DNA of 64,000 bases from Candidatus Omnitrophota bacterium (GCA_029560465.1 JAKQKX010000063.1:67796-131795); one strand, 5' to 3'; counted from the first letter of the stretch, positions 19,141 to 29,914 are shown. Notes: generated from the sequence alone by a model not told the origin. Numbers and translations are program-made.

Positions 19141-19166
19141 GATTTTGATCTTTCGTCGCGGGTGTT

Positions 19167-20000
19167 TCAGGACGCCGTTGATTCATTATAAAGAAATTCT
19201 GTTAAGGGAGAGGACGCTTTGGCAAACGGGCGTGGTCCCGGCGGCTGGCTGAGATACGCCTGGCGTCCGGCCTGGATAGCCAGGGCGAAAGCTTGGGCCA
19301 ATCCGGCTGGGTTCCCGGCGGTGGCCACGGCTGTGTTTACCAGAACGGCGTCCGCCCCCATTTCCATGGCTTCACAGGCCTGCGAGGGCGAGCCGATCCC
19401 GGCGTCAACCACGACAGGGATATCTATTTCTGCAATCAGGATTTGAATTAGGTCTTTAACCCGCAGTCCTTGGTTACTCCCGATGAGAGACCCCAAAGGC
19501 ATGACTGTGGCAGCTCCGGCCTGAACCAGAGCCCGGGCGATGTTTAAATCCGGGAGAATATACGGCAGGACCGTAAATCCCTCCTTCGCAAGAATTTCTG
19601 TGGCTTTGACGGTTTCCGCGTTGTCGGGGAGCAGGTATTTGCTGTCGTTGATCACTTCTATTTTGACCCAGGTCCCGTATCCGGCTTCCCGGGCTAACCG
19701 TGCCAGCCGGACGGCCTCAGCCGCGTTCCTTGCTCCCGAGGTGTTTGTTAATAATGTGATATCCGGCGGGAGATATTCGAGGATATTGTCTTCATGCCGG
19801 GTAAGGTCAATGCGCCGTAACGCCACGGTAACGACCTGTGTTCCGGAGGCCCGGATACAATCCCTGACTTCGGCCTTATTCTTGAATTTGCCTGTTCCCA
19901 TCAGGAACCGGGAAGATAAAACTTTTCCGCCGACCATGAAAGGGTCTGTCTGGCCTGCACGGTTGACAGTGTCAGCGAGTCGTTCTGATTTTATATTCAT
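19167..20000 (-). CDS. thiG: Thiazole synthase ThiG
   Basis: [41 protein letters not shown]. Confidence 0.96.
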   Translation of the reverse strand: MNIKSERLADTVNRAGQTDPFMVGGKVLSSRFLMGTGKFKNKAEVRDCIRASGTQVVTVALRRIDLTRHEDNILEYLPPDITLLTNTSGARNAAEAVRLARLAREAGYGTWVKIEVINDSKYLLPDNAETVKATEILAKEGFTVLPYILPDLNIARALVQAGAATVMPLGSLIGSNQGLRVKDLIQILIAEIDIPVVVDAGIGSPSQACEAMEMGADAVLVNTAVATAGNPAGLAQAFALAIQAGRQAYLSQPPGPRPFAKASSPLTEFLYNESTAS

Positions 20001-20017
20001 GTTTTCTCCTGCGACAC

Positions 20018-20218
20018 CTATCCTCCACCGACAAAACTCACAAGTTCGATACGGTCCCCTTCACAGAGTTGGACGCTTTGCCAGAGGTCTTTATGAATGA
20101 TATCCCCGTTGAGTTCGACAATAACATACGGGTTATTTTTACAGAGGCCTTGAATGACCCTTGATAAAGGCTGGGGGCCGGTCAAGGCGTGTGTTTTTCC
20201 GTTAATGGAAATTTTCAT
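20018..20218 (-). CDS. thiS: Sulfur carrier protein ThiS
   Basis: 66 aa, ends FVGGG, directly upstream of thiG. Confidence 0.95.
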   Translation of the reverse strand: MKISINGKTHALTGPQPLSRVIQGLCKNNPYVIVELNGDIIHKDLWQSVQLCEGDRIELVSFVGGG

Positions 20219-20457
20219 ATTCTTTTAAGTGTTGTGGGTTATCCGCGGTCATGCGCGATATTGAGCCATTTTAGAATATTTTTGAATAATTTGCAAATAG
20301 ATAAAAGGCGGTGCGCCCGGAGCAGGATATATGGGGCCTGTCCGGGAGTTTTAAAAAGAAGATTATTTTTTGACTTTATAGAATAGGAGTGAGATAATAA
20401 CACTTCAAATGATGGCGTTTAGGCCAAGAGACGCCGGAGACGTGCTATTCGTATCTT

Positions 20458-20652
20458 ATGCCTGAATATATTTGCCCTTACTGCAAAAATCCGATTTACG
20501 ATGACGACGCGTTGTTATGTCATTTTTGTGGTGGAAGTTTGCATCGGGCCGGGGATGGTGTTTTTAGTAAGATGAAGTACAAGTGGTCTTTCTTGGCTAT
20601 CATAATAACCGTTTTGATTGTGGCGTTTTTTTTGTTTCTGGGGAGGCTTTGA
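20458..20652 (+). CDS. Small zinc-ribbon protein with a C-terminal TM helix
   Basis: CPYC...CHFC followed by a hydrophobic tail. Confidence 0.65.
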   Translation: MPEYICPYCKNPIYDDDALLCHFCGGSLHRAGDGVFSKMKYKWSFLAIIITVLIVAFFLFLGRL

Positions 20653-20662
20653 AGAAAAAATT

Positions 20663-21091
20663 ATGAGCCATGTTGATTTAAAAAGATATCCCGAAGGGGA
20701 GATAAAGCAGGAAACGGAAGTGTTTGGATATCAGCTTCTGTTGGACCTTTACAGTTGCCAGCCAGGCGCGTGTGATGATTTAACATTGAATTACCGGTTT
20801 CTGGATGAAATGGTTGATGCTTTGGGGATGCAAAAACAGACCCCGCCCAATATTTTCAGGAGTGACGCGACCCGTTTCCCGGAAAAAGCGGGTTTGTCCG
20901 GCTGGGTCCCGTTGATCGAGAGTTCGATCGTGATCCATACGTTATCGGTCAAGAATTTCATTAGCGTGGATATTTATTGCTGCCGGAAATTTGATGTCGT
21001 GTTTGCCGAAAAATTTTGCCGAGAATACTTCAAGCCCCAGCGTCTGGAAGCGCAGTATCTTCTTCGGGGCACGGATTATTATAAAGAGTAA
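20663..21091 (+). CDS. speD: Pyruvoyl-dependent S-adenosylmethionine decarboxylase family proenzyme
   Basis: GYQLLLDLYSC, GLSGWVPLIE|SSIVIHT (self-cleavage ES), VDIYCC. Substrate (AdoMet, Arg or Orn) cannot be established from sequence. Confidence 0.75.
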   Translation: MSHVDLKRYPEGEIKQETEVFGYQLLLDLYSCQPGACDDLTLNYRFLDEMVDALGMQKQTPPNIFRSDATRFPEKAGLSGWVPLIESSIVIHTLSVKNFISVDIYCCRKFDVVFAEKFCREYFKPQRLEAQYLLRGTDYYKE

Positions 21092-21169
21092 GGGATTACA
21101 GCAAGAGCACCCAAGAGGGAATGGCCGGGCACGGGGTTCCCTCGTTTTCTTTCTGGAGAGGTAAATGAC

Positions 21170-23650
21170 ATGCTCCCGTACAATACAAATGAAATAGCCC
21201 GTATTGAAAAGAAATGGCAGGGACTCTGGGACGAACGCCAGATTTTTAAAACCCCGGAAGACAGCCGGCGGCCGAAATTTTATTGCCTGGAAATGTTCCC
21301 GTATCCTTCGGGGAAAATTCACATGGGCCATGTCCGAAATTACACGATTGCCGACGTTGTCGCCAGGTTTAAGCTCATGCAGGGTTTTAACGTTTTGCAT
21401 CCCATGGGGTATGACGCTTTTGGCCAGCCGGCGGAAAACGCCGCCATTAAGCATAAAACACATCCCGCCCAGTGGACGTACGCTTGCATTGACCAGATGC
21501 GCGGGAACTTAAAACGCATGGGTTTTTCTTACGATTGGAGCCGGGAGCTGGCGACCTGTCATAAGGACTATTACCGCTGGAATCAGTGGATTTTTTTGAA
21601 GATGTTCGAGAAAGGGCTGGCTTATAAAAAGAGTTCTTCCGTTAACTGGTGTCCCAGTTGCGAAACAACCCTGGCGAATGAGGAGGTCATCCAGGGGCAG
21701 TGCTGGCGCTGCAAGAATGACGTCGTTCAAAAAGACCTGGAACAATGGTATTTGAAAATTACCCATTATGCGGGAGCCTTGCTGGAGGATTTGAAAAAAC
21801 TGGACAATTGGCCGTCGAGGGTCGTGGCCATGCAGGAGAACTGGATCGGCAAAAGTTACGGGGTGGAGATCTATTTCAAATGGCAGAAGACCGGAGAAAT
21901 CCTTCGCGTGTTTACCACCCGCCCGGACACGATTTTTGGTGCGACTTATGTCGTCCTGGCCCCGGAACACCCGTTCGTGAAACCGTTGGTCGCTGGCACG
22001 GGTTACGAACAGGCCGTTATGGATTTTGTGGCCAAGGTCGGACAGATGAGCAAGAGCATGCGGGTGTCTGGCGATGATCGGAAAGAGGGGGTCTTTACCG
22101 GCCAATACGCCGTGAATCCTGTTAATGGAGAGCCTATTCCGGTTTGGGTGGCGGATTATGTCCTCATGGAATACGGGACCGGCGCGATTATGGCGGTCCC
22201 GACGCATGACCAAAGAGATTTTTTATTCGCTAAAGAGCACTGCCTTCCCATGCGCATTGTGATTCAGGACCCGGTGCGGCCGGAGATGTCGGTGGAAGAG
22301 ATGACGGAGGCGTATGAGGGGGAGGGCCGGCAGGTGCGTTCCGGGGCGTTCGATGGCCTCCCCAATGAGGAAGGGAAGAAACAGATCGCACGCTGGATGG
22401 AAGCCGAAGGCAAGGGGAAGATCGCCGTTTATTGGCGGTTAAGGGATTGGCTGATTTCCCGGCAGCGTTATTGGGGTACGCCGATTCCGATGATTTATTG
22501 CCCGGCTTGCGGGGTTGTCCCTGTCCCGGAGAAGGATCTTCCTGTTGAGCTTCCGGAAGACGTGCGGTTTACCGGCGAGGGAGGGAGCCCGTTAAGCCAG
22601 AGTGACAGTTTTGTGCGCGTGGCGTGCCCGGCCTGCGGGAAAGACGCCCGGCGGGAAACGGATACGATGGCGACATTTTTTGATTCCTCGTGGTATTATC
22701 TGCGGTATATCTCCCCCTGCGATGATAAGCAGGCCTTTCATCCCGGGCAGGCGGCTTATTGGATGCCGGTGGACCAGTATATCGGGGGCATTGAACACGC
22801 GATCCTGCATTTACTTTATTCCCGTTTTTTTACCAAGTTTCTCAAGGATTTGGGGCTCGTGAACGTCGATGAGCCGTTTACCCGGCTTCTCACGCAGGGC
22901 ATGGTGCTTAAGGACGGCGAAGTCATGTCTAAATCTAAGGGGAACACCGTAGACCCGGACGCGGTCATCGCCAAATACGGGGCGGATACGTTGCGCTTGT
23001 TTATCCTTTTCGCCGCCCCGCCTGAAGACCAGCTTGAATGGAATGATAATGCGATCGACGGGTCCTGGAAATTTTTAAGCCGGGTTTGGAATTGCGTCCA
23101 GCAGAAATACCGTCCGGCCGATCAAGCATACGCGTATGAAAATTTAACCGGGGACGCCAAGGATCTGGAGCGGGAAAGGAATTTTGTGGTTAAGAAAGTG
23201 ACGGAAGATCTATCCAACGGCTTTAAGTTTAATACGGCCATTAGCCAGGTTATGATTCTTATGAACCGGATAGATAAGTTCAGCGCAGACGGGGATCCCC
23301 TGAGGCAGGCTGTTTTTAATCAGGCGGTCCGTACCGTGGTTTTGCTTCTGTCCCCCCTGACTCCGCATATGTGTGAGGAGCTCTGGCAGATGATGGGGAA
23401 CCGAGAAGAGAGCGTCAGCCGGGTTCCTTGGCCGGGTTATAAAGAGAACGCCCTTGAGAAGGATGTTGTGTTGATGGTGGTTCAGATTAACGGGAAACTC
23501 CGCAGTAAGCTGGAAGTGCCTGTGAACATTCCTGAAAATGAATTGCGAGACCGAGTGCTGTCTGATGAAAATATTCAGCGTCATCTGGAAGGAAAGCAGG
23601 TCAAAAAATTTATTGTAGTGCCGCAAAAACTTGTGAACATTGTCGTGTAA
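21170..23650 (+). CDS. leuS: Leucine--tRNA ligase
   Basis: [13 protein letters not shown] (HIGH), [15 protein letters not shown] editing motif, [16 protein letters not shown]. Confidence 0.98.
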   Translation: MLPYNTNEIARIEKKWQGLWDERQIFKTPEDSRRPKFYCLEMFPYPSGKIHMGHVRNYTIADVVARFKLMQGFNVLHPMGYDAFGQPAENAAIKHKTHPAQWTYACIDQMRGNLKRMGFSYDWSRELATCHKDYYRWNQWIFLKMFEKGLAYKKSSSVNWCPSCETTLANEEVIQGQCWRCKNDVVQKDLEQWYLKITHYAGALLEDLKKLDNWPSRVVAMQENWIGKSYGVEIYFKWQKTGEILRVFTTRPDTIFGATYVVLAPEHPFVKPLVAGTGYEQAVMDFVAKVGQMSKSMRVSGDDRKEGVFTGQYAVNPVNGEPIPVWVADYVLMEYGTGAIMAVPTHDQRDFLFAKEHCLPMRIVIQDPVRPEMSVEEMTEAYEGEGRQVRSGAFDGLPNEEGKKQIARWMEAEGKGKIAVYWRLRDWLISRQRYWGTPIPMIYCPACGVVPVPEKDLPVELPEDVRFTGEGGSPLSQSDSFVRVACPACGKDARRETDTMATFFDSSWYYLRYISPCDDKQAFHPGQAAYWMPVDQYIGGIEHAILHLLYSRFFTKFLKDLGLVNVDEPFTRLLTQGMVLKDGEVMSKSKGNTVDPDAVIAKYGADTLRLFILFAAPPEDQLEWNDNAIDGSWKFLSRVWNCVQQKYRPADQAYAYENLTGDAKDLERERNFVVKKVTEDLSNGFKFNTAISQVMILMNRIDKFSADGDPLRQAVFNQAVRTVVLLLSPLTPHMCEELWQMMGNREESVSRVPWPGYKENALEKDVVLMVVQINGKLRSKLEVPVNIPENELRDRVLSDENIQRHLEGKQVKKFIVVPQKLVNIVV

Positions 23651-23776
23651 TATGAGATACGGTTTTCTCCGCAGGGTTCCTTTCGCTTGTTTTCAGCCCG
23701 ATTTTTAATATTTTTGATATAGAATTATTGATTTCTAGCTTTTTTTAGCATTTTTAAAAAAATGAAGAATTCCCTC

Positions 23777-23810
23777 TTGACTTTTAGTGTACTATGTAAC
23801 ATAATACAGT
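23777..23810 (+). promoter_or_regulatory. Sigma70 promoter overlapped by a YtrA-type GntR operator
   Basis: TTGACT (23777)-N17-CATAAT (23800). AGTGTA-N13-TACAGT at 23786-23810 matches the B. subtilis YtrA box AGTGTA-N13-TACACT at 11 of 12 positions. Confidence 0.8.
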
Positions 23811-23847
23811 TAGGTCAGCAATCCATTGACCTTTATTTTATAGGCCT

Positions 23848-24240
23848 ATGATTAATTTTGACATTACATTTAAACCAGGCGTGCCGATTTACGAACAGGT
23901 CATTTTCGCTGTGAAAAAATCTATCGTTGCCGGCCACCTGAAGCCGGGAGACCGGTTCCCCTCGGTTCGCGAAATGAGCCGGGAATTGCGCATTAATCCT
24001 AATACGGCGCAGAAAGTGGTTTCTCACCTGGTGAATGAACGGTTGCTTCAGGTAAAACCCGGGATCGGCAGTGTTGTATCAGAGTTAAGCCTGGCGAACC
24101 AGGAACAGAGGGGGGAAGTTCTTCAGAACGAAGTTGAACGGCTCGTTGTGGAAGCCAAGCGGCTTTCCATTGCCAAAAAGGAGCTGCTGGACGCGGTTCA
24201 GCGCCAGTGGGACAATAACAACACGAAAGAGACGCTATGA
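23848..24240 (+). CDS. GntR-family regulator, YtrA subfamily
   Basis: PIYEQV...GHLKPGDRFPSVREMSRELRINPNT with a short C-terminal domain; precedes an ABC ATPase. Confidence 0.92.
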   Translation: MINFDITFKPGVPIYEQVIFAVKKSIVAGHLKPGDRFPSVREMSRELRINPNTAQKVVSHLVNERLLQVKPGIGSVVSELSLANQEQRGEVLQNEVERLVVEAKRLSIAKKELLDAVQRQWDNNNTKETL

Positions 24241-25145
24241 AGACCGTTATAGAAACCAGAAGCTTAACGAAGAAATTCGGAGCTAAAACCATTTTGGCGC
24301 AAATTGATCTGGATGTGCCGGCAGGAAGCATTTACGCGTATTTGGGGCCGAACGGGGCCGGAAAGACGACCACCATCAAAACCATGGTCAATATCCTGCG
24401 GCCGACCAGGGGCACAGTAAAAATTTTGGGGGTGGATTCCACGGCTCTGGACGCGAAAGAGTTTCGGCAGATCGGGTATGTTTCGGAAAATCAGGTGCTG
24501 CCGGAAGGGATGACGGCAAACGCGCTTTTTGATTATTGCCGGCCCATGTACCCACAGTGGGATGAAGGATTCTGCCAGTCTTTGACCCGGCAGTTTGACC
24601 TCCCTTGTGATGAACCCATTGAGAAATTATCCCGGGGCATGAAAATGAAAGCGGCGCTCATTGCGTCTTTGGCCTATCGTCCTAAGCTGCTGATCTTAGA
24701 TGAGCCTTTCAGCGGCCTGGATCCGGTGGCACGCAAGGATTTGATGGACGGGATCATGGAATTGACCGGAACGGAGGAGTGGACGATTTTTATATCATCG
24801 CATGATATAGAGGAAGTGGAACACTTGGCGGACTGGGTCGGGTTTCTGCATAAAGGGCAGTTGAAACTAAGCGAAACCACCGAATCCCTGCAAGCCCGGT
24901 TTAAAAGGATCAATATTACCCTGAAAAACCCGCTGGAATCGGAGGTGCCTTTTCCTGCGAACTGGCTGTTGCCCCAGCAGGAGGGCCGGTTTCTGTGTTT
25001 TGTGGACAATTCTTTCCAGCCCGGGGAGAGCGAAAAGCAGTACAGAAAAGGATTGCCGGCGGTTTCCACGATTGAAATCCAGGGGATGTCTCTGAAAGAA
25101 ATATTTTTGATTCAGGCCAGGCAGTTAAAAATGTTGAATATATAG
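24237..25145 (+). CDS. ABC exporter ATP-binding protein (YtrB-like)
   Basis: GPNGAGKTT, LSRGM signature, LILDEP, SSH. Confidence 0.93.
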   Translation: MKTVIETRSLTKKFGAKTILAQIDLDVPAGSIYAYLGPNGAGKTTTIKTMVNILRPTRGTVKILGVDSTALDAKEFRQIGYVSENQVLPEGMTANALFDYCRPMYPQWDEGFCQSLTRQFDLPCDEPIEKLSRGMKMKAALIASLAYRPKLLILDEPFSGLDPVARKDLMDGIMELTGTEEWTIFISSHDIEEVEHLADWVGFLHKGQLKLSETTESLQARFKRINITLKNPLESEVPFPANWLLPQQEGRFLCFVDNSFQPGESEKQYRKGLPAVSTIEIQGMSLKEIFLIQARQLKMLNI

Positions 25146-25156
25146 GAGAAAAACAT

Positions 25157-26815
25157 ATGCCACATGCGTATTTAGTCTTTGAGAAAGATCTCAGGCAATT
25201 TCGTTTGATCCTGTTGTCGTGGTTGGGCGCTGTCGGTGTAACCCACGGGGTCGCCTTGCTCGGAGGGATGTTGCTAAATACCCATTTTATGTTCAGGATC
25301 ACGCAACCCCTGGTTTTACAATGGCTGTCGGCCTTGCAGGCAGTCTTGATTCTTATCTTTGTGCCGTTGATTGTCCAGTCCGATCCGATGGTTGGGACAA
25401 CAGCGTTTTGGTTAACCCGTCCGATTTCCCGCCTTTCTCTCCTCCGGGCGAAGGCCGTGCTTGTGGGAAGCGTCTTTGTCGGGATCCCGTTGTTGCTGGA
25501 GATCGCGGTCCTGGCGCTCAACGGGCTTGCCTGGAAAGATGTTTTACCGGCGGCCTTGCTGATCGCGCTGGAAAAAAGCGCTTTTATCGTTCCGGTTTTC
25601 TTGGTGGCCAGCCTCACGGGAAAATTTCATGAATTTTTTATAGCGGGGATAGCCGCGGTTTTAGGGTGTGTTGCCGCATGGACTCTTCTTCCTGCCTTGG
25701 TCCCGGGGTTGTGCTTCAGCGGGGCCCCGGGGACGGCGTTGGGATCACTTCAACAGCAAATGTTAATTGTTTTTGTGAGCGTGCTTTTGATAGGCCATCA
25801 GTATAAAACCCGTCGGACACAAAGGACGATTGTGGGTGTCTTGGCCGGGGCGCTGTTCATCCCTTGGGCCCTGTGTGTCCTGCCGCAGGGCGTGTTGCAA
25901 CAGGAGGTCTGCCGGATTAACCCGCCGCAGGTGGTCATTCAGACAGGCCAGGCCGTGGTTGCCGAGGATATGGTTTCCGGGAACCGCCTGGCACGGGACC
26001 GCATCGTGTCGATTCCAATCCACGTGCGTGGGCTTCGCTCCGGCCAATTCGCCGTGCTCCTCCGGGTATCCGGCCCATTGATCGCTTATGGCCCGGATGT
26101 TCAACTCCGTTCTTCCGGGCCTTTAAGGTCTCCTGCCGTATTGCTCTCGAGTCGCGAGTTACAGGATCCGATCCAGCATGCCCTTAAAGATTTTATCGTG
26201 ATGAATCCTTATCAGGGGGCCGACAACAGGTATCCTGTTTTTCGGCTGCCGGAAACAGTGTACGATCAATATCAGAAACAGAGCGGGGTATACGAGGGCT
26301 TGGGGGCGTTTGATATTTATGAGTACCGGATTGGGGCGAGGATGCCTTTGGTCCGCGGGGCTAAACGTTTTTCGGGGAGGACGGAAAGCGTTGTTCTTGA
26401 TGTCATTGAAAAGCCTTCCGGGGTCGCAGTGATTGTTGGAGAAAAGACCCTGAATGTGTCCTCGGCCTTCTCGAAGGGGGGGGCTCCTGCCGGAGGCGAT
26501 ACGTCCTTAGATTTTTCCGGGACGTATGTGTTGGTCCATCCTGGGCGCAAGGAAGCGTTTTTGGTTGATATCCTTGATCAGCCGGGGATAAGAATAGACC
26601 TGGCTTGGCCGGTAAGGGCGGACCGGCTGGGTTTTAAGGTTAAGCGGTATGATTTTCCCGGGCTTAACGTCGGTGGGTCTGTTACCGGTGTTCAGAAGTC
26701 ATGGCTGAAGGAGGCGGAACTGATCCGTTTGGAGGCACGGGAACTCGGTGTTTTTGAGAGAAACTTGCGTTTTTCCGATTTTGTCCTTCCTGAAGTCGGG
26801 GAGTTAAGAAAGTGA
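25157..26815 (+). CDS. ABC-2-type permease with a large C-terminal extracytoplasmic region
   Basis: FEKDLRQ, FWLTRPISR..LL.AK motif, multiple TM helices. Confidence 0.75.
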   Translation: MPHAYLVFEKDLRQFRLILLSWLGAVGVTHGVALLGGMLLNTHFMFRITQPLVLQWLSALQAVLILIFVPLIVQSDPMVGTTAFWLTRPISRLSLLRAKAVLVGSVFVGIPLLLEIAVLALNGLAWKDVLPAALLIALEKSAFIVPVFLVASLTGKFHEFFIAGIAAVLGCVAAWTLLPALVPGLCFSGAPGTALGSLQQQMLIVFVSVLLIGHQYKTRRTQRTIVGVLAGALFIPWALCVLPQGVLQQEVCRINPPQVVIQTGQAVVAEDMVSGNRLARDRIVSIPIHVRGLRSGQFAVLLRVSGPLIAYGPDVQLRSSGPLRSPAVLLSSRELQDPIQHALKDFIVMNPYQGADNRYPVFRLPETVYDQYQKQSGVYEGLGAFDIYEYRIGARMPLVRGAKRFSGRTESVVLDVIEKPSGVAVIVGEKTLNVSSAFSKGGAPAGGDTSLDFSGTYVLVHPGRKEAFLVDILDQPGIRIDLAWPVRADRLGFKVKRYDFPGLNVGGSVTGVQKSWLKEAELIRLEARELGVFERNLRFSDFVLPEVGELRK

Positions 26816-26883
26816 TCGTCGCCACGCTTTCCCGGACAACCGGGGAACGCGAGGGTTCTTTTCTTAAAAGATAGATAGAGGAG

Positions 26884-28890
26884 ATGATTATGAATAACGG
26901 AGTCAAACGGGTTTCTGCGGTGGTTATATTAGGGAGTGTCCTGCTCTGGACGGCCTGGGCGTACGCATACCAGCATGTCAGGATGGAAGGATATCAGCTG
27001 GTCACTGATTACGATCAGGACGGGACATACACGCCTTTTTTTGTCAAGGGGGTCGGGTACAACGCTATCCCCACCGGGGCTTTCCCGAGTGAATACGGAA
27101 TATGTTGGTATAAAGGCATTATTAACGGAAAACCCCAATTCGACTGCCCGGGGGTTCAAGAATATGAAGACCCGGTGATGATGGAAAGGGACCTGGCTAT
27201 TATCAAATCCATGAACGCCAACACAATCCGGACCTGGGGCAAGGTGACGCCGCAGTTGATGGATCAGGCCCAGGCTATGGGATTGAAGGTTATCGCCGGC
27301 TATTGGCTGGATCATAATCTGGATTTTATGAAGAGGGACCTCTCCGGCGTGGAGAAGGATTTTCTGCAGTATGTCCGGGCTTTTAAGGATCATCCGGCGC
27401 TCTTGATGTGGGTCGTGGGGTATCAGAATGAAACAGACCTTTGTAATTTCCAGGGAGCTCAAAGCGATTGCAGCCGGGCGGAGCAGGCCAAGGCCTATTA
27501 TGATTTTGTGAATGCTTTGGCCCGCCAGATCAAGACGCTGGAGGGGGATTCTTTTCATCCCGTGATGATGATCTCCGCGGACCTGGGGGATATCGGCCAG
27601 ATTGCGACCGATGAAAGGCTGAAGGACGTTGATATTCACGGATGCAATGTTTACCGGGGGCCGGACTTCAGTAATTTCTTTGAGTTGTACGCCAACCGTT
27701 CGGCCAAGCCGCTTTTGATTTCGGAATTCGGTTCAGACGCGTGGTTTGTTTTGGACGGTAAACGGCCGGAGAAAGGGGTTGAGAGGCAGGATCTCCAGGC
27801 TTCTTTCCTGGCTGAAGAGTGGGATACTTTGCTGAAATATTCGGGTGGGCGCGGCGGGTTTGTTCTGGGCGGGGTTGTCTCCCCTTTTGCCGACAGCTGG
27901 TGGCAGTATAAAGGCGAGTGGTCGCCCACATGCGCGACGCATGACCGTAATTATATCGTCGGTTTTTATTCCGGACCGGACGGGTTTACTAACCCGGAGT
28001 GGTTCGGCCTCGTGGCCTTGAAACGCCCGGAGGAAGGCCAAAAGTACGACTGGGTTAAGCCCAGGCTCGCCTATACCGTCATGCAGCAGAAATTTACGGA
28101 CCGGCCTCCGGAGCGGCCTTGGCAGGGTTTTGGCAAAGGGACGCTGAGGACGGACGTGTCCTGGAATTACACCGCCGGGTATCATTTTACGCCCCTTCAA
28201 CCGGGGCAGGTTACTCAACTGGGCGGCTTGTTTAACGGGACCAAAATGGTGTCCCTGTGGAACAAGACGACGGGGGTGCTGCTGGCGAAGGCGAAGGTGG
28301 CGTCGGCCAACACGTGGTCTTACAGTGATATCTCTCCGGTAGAGGTTATTCCGAGTTACACGTATACCGTCGCGGTGACATTGGACGGGAGCGGGGGCAG
28401 CCACACCTATGATATCCCCGCCCTGCCGCTGACATGCGGGGATATTCGGATCGAAGGTTCGACATTCGCTTACGGAAGTGCCCGGCCGGTTTCGACAGTG
28501 TTGCCGCAGATGTACGGGCAGGCTGATATTAATTTTGTCCCTCAACGGAAAGGGAACAACCGCGCGCCGATTCTCCTTTCTTCACCGGTGATTTCTCCGC
28601 GCTCCATCTCGGAGAATAAGAAGGGGACGCTGACGGTGCAAGCCAAAGATGAAGACGGGGACACTTTGGTTTACCGGTGGCTCCCCAGTGTCGGGAGCAT
28701 TGAGGGCGACGGGCCCCAGGTGACGTATATCCCGCCGGATGTCTCAGAAAAGACGTTGGAAAACGTCGTCAGCCTTATCAGCGACGGCCGGGGGGGGATT
28801 GTATACGGGAATGTCCTTTTTGAAGTTTTTCCGGTATTTGATCAAACGGCCCCGGAGGAGACAACGAGCCATGAAACGACAGGTCTTTAA
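26884..28890 (+). CDS. Secreted GH158-like TIM-barrel protein (acid/base Glu replaced by Gln) plus DUF4082-like domain and Ig/PKD-like domain
   Basis: KGVGY, NANTIRTWG, GYQNE, NVYRG, ISEFG, WWQY, EWFG; then GYHFTP..GQVTQLG..SLW..GVLLA..W..P..YTV (DUF4082-like) and NRAP..DEDGDTLVYRW..SDGRGG. Confidence 0.7.
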   Translation: MIMNNGVKRVSAVVILGSVLLWTAWAYAYQHVRMEGYQLVTDYDQDGTYTPFFVKGVGYNAIPTGAFPSEYGICWYKGIINGKPQFDCPGVQEYEDPVMMERDLAIIKSMNANTIRTWGKVTPQLMDQAQAMGLKVIAGYWLDHNLDFMKRDLSGVEKDFLQYVRAFKDHPALLMWVVGYQNETDLCNFQGAQSDCSRAEQAKAYYDFVNALARQIKTLEGDSFHPVMMISADLGDIGQIATDERLKDVDIHGCNVYRGPDFSNFFELYANRSAKPLLISEFGSDAWFVLDGKRPEKGVERQDLQASFLAEEWDTLLKYSGGRGGFVLGGVVSPFADSWWQYKGEWSPTCATHDRNYIVGFYSGPDGFTNPEWFGLVALKRPEEGQKYDWVKPRLAYTVMQQKFTDRPPERPWQGFGKGTLRTDVSWNYTAGYHFTPLQPGQVTQLGGLFNGTKMVSLWNKTTGVLLAKAKVASANTWSYSDISPVEVIPSYTYTVAVTLDGSGGSHTYDIPALPLTCGDIRIEGSTFAYGSARPVSTVLPQMYGQADINFVPQRKGNNRAPILLSSPVISPRSISENKKGTLTVQAKDEDGDTLVYRWLPSVGSIEGDGPQVTYIPPDVSEKTLENVVSLISDGRGGIVYGNVLFEVFPVFDQTAPEETTSHETTGL

Positions 28891-29914
28891 AATGGGTGTT
28901 TTGTGTGCGGCGCTTCTGGCGTGGCCGGACTCGGCCGCCGGAGATACGTTTTACCTGCGGTCCGGGAGAATTATTGAAGGAACGGTTGTCGAAGAAACGG
29001 ACGATGCCTTGAAAATTAAGACCGAACGGAGGATTTTCTCCCTGCAGAAGCGCCTGATCCAGAGGGTGGAAACATCGAGCCCCGTCGTCACCAAAGTCGG
29101 CACACGGAACCCCTATCCTTCCCGCGCGCCCCAACCGGGAAGCCCGGGAAGGCCGTTTACGCCGGTTGACATTGAAATCCTCTCGGAAGGGCATACCCTT
29201 TCGCCCGCCGTTCGGGAAGAGATCGTGTATGTGATCTCCAAGATGTTCGTGGTTTTCGAAGATGTGTTGGGCCTTGATTTTAACCGGGAGCGCATGTTCA
29301 AAGCCCGCGTCTTCGGGGATTTCGCCGCGTATCAATCCTATCAGGCACAGGTATCGACGTCCCGGTCGGACACGGGCTTTTATTCAATACAAAATAAAGA
29401 AATGGTCCTCTGGAAAAATGACAGCGGCCGTAAAATGTTGCGTATCCTTTATCACGAAGCCAGCCGCGCGATTTTGCACAGACAAATCCCACGGTGTCCG
29501 CCTTGGATCGACGAGGGATTAGCGGAGTTTTTTGAGTATGGGGCCATGGAAGAGGATTCTGTGGTCGTGCAGCCGCAGATGCACAAGGATGAACGGGTGA
29601 AAGCATGGCTGCGGGCTGGAACGCTTATGCCTCTGGAACCGTATCTCCGTTTGCCGGACGCGGAATGGCGGCAGCGCAATGAACGGCAGGACGCCCCGAT
29701 GAGCACCATGGCCTGGTCCCTGATAACGTTTTTACTGTCAACGGAAAAAGGCCGGGCCGCATTTTCCGGGGTGGTCCATGAACTCAGGCGGTTTAATCAT
29801 AAGAATTTTCCAAGTTACCGGGCGATCGAGCATTATTATCCGGGGGGGCTTAAGGCAATGGAGGCGGAATGGCGCGCCTGGATTCCGCGGCCGAGAAAAG
29901 AGAGCAGCTTTTGA
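28871..29914 (+). CDS. Secreted DUF1570/peptidase MA-like zincin with degenerate HExxH (HEASR)
   Basis: Signal peptide, small beta-domain, GFYS, LYHEASR, PPWIDEGLAEFF, AWSL. Confidence 0.7.
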   Translation: MKRQVFKMGVLCAALLAWPDSAAGDTFYLRSGRIIEGTVVEETDDALKIKTERRIFSLQKRLIQRVETSSPVVTKVGTRNPYPSRAPQPGSPGRPFTPVDIEILSEGHTLSPAVREEIVYVISKMFVVFEDVLGLDFNRERMFKARVFGDFAAYQSYQAQVSTSRSDTGFYSIQNKEMVLWKNDSGRKMLRILYHEASRAILHRQIPRCPPWIDEGLAEFFEYGAMEEDSVVVQPQMHKDERVKAWLRAGTLMPLEPYLRLPDAEWRQRNERQDAPMSTMAWSLITFLLSTEKGRAAFSGVVHELRRFNHKNFPSYRAIEHYYPGGLKAMEAEWRAWIPRPRKESSF

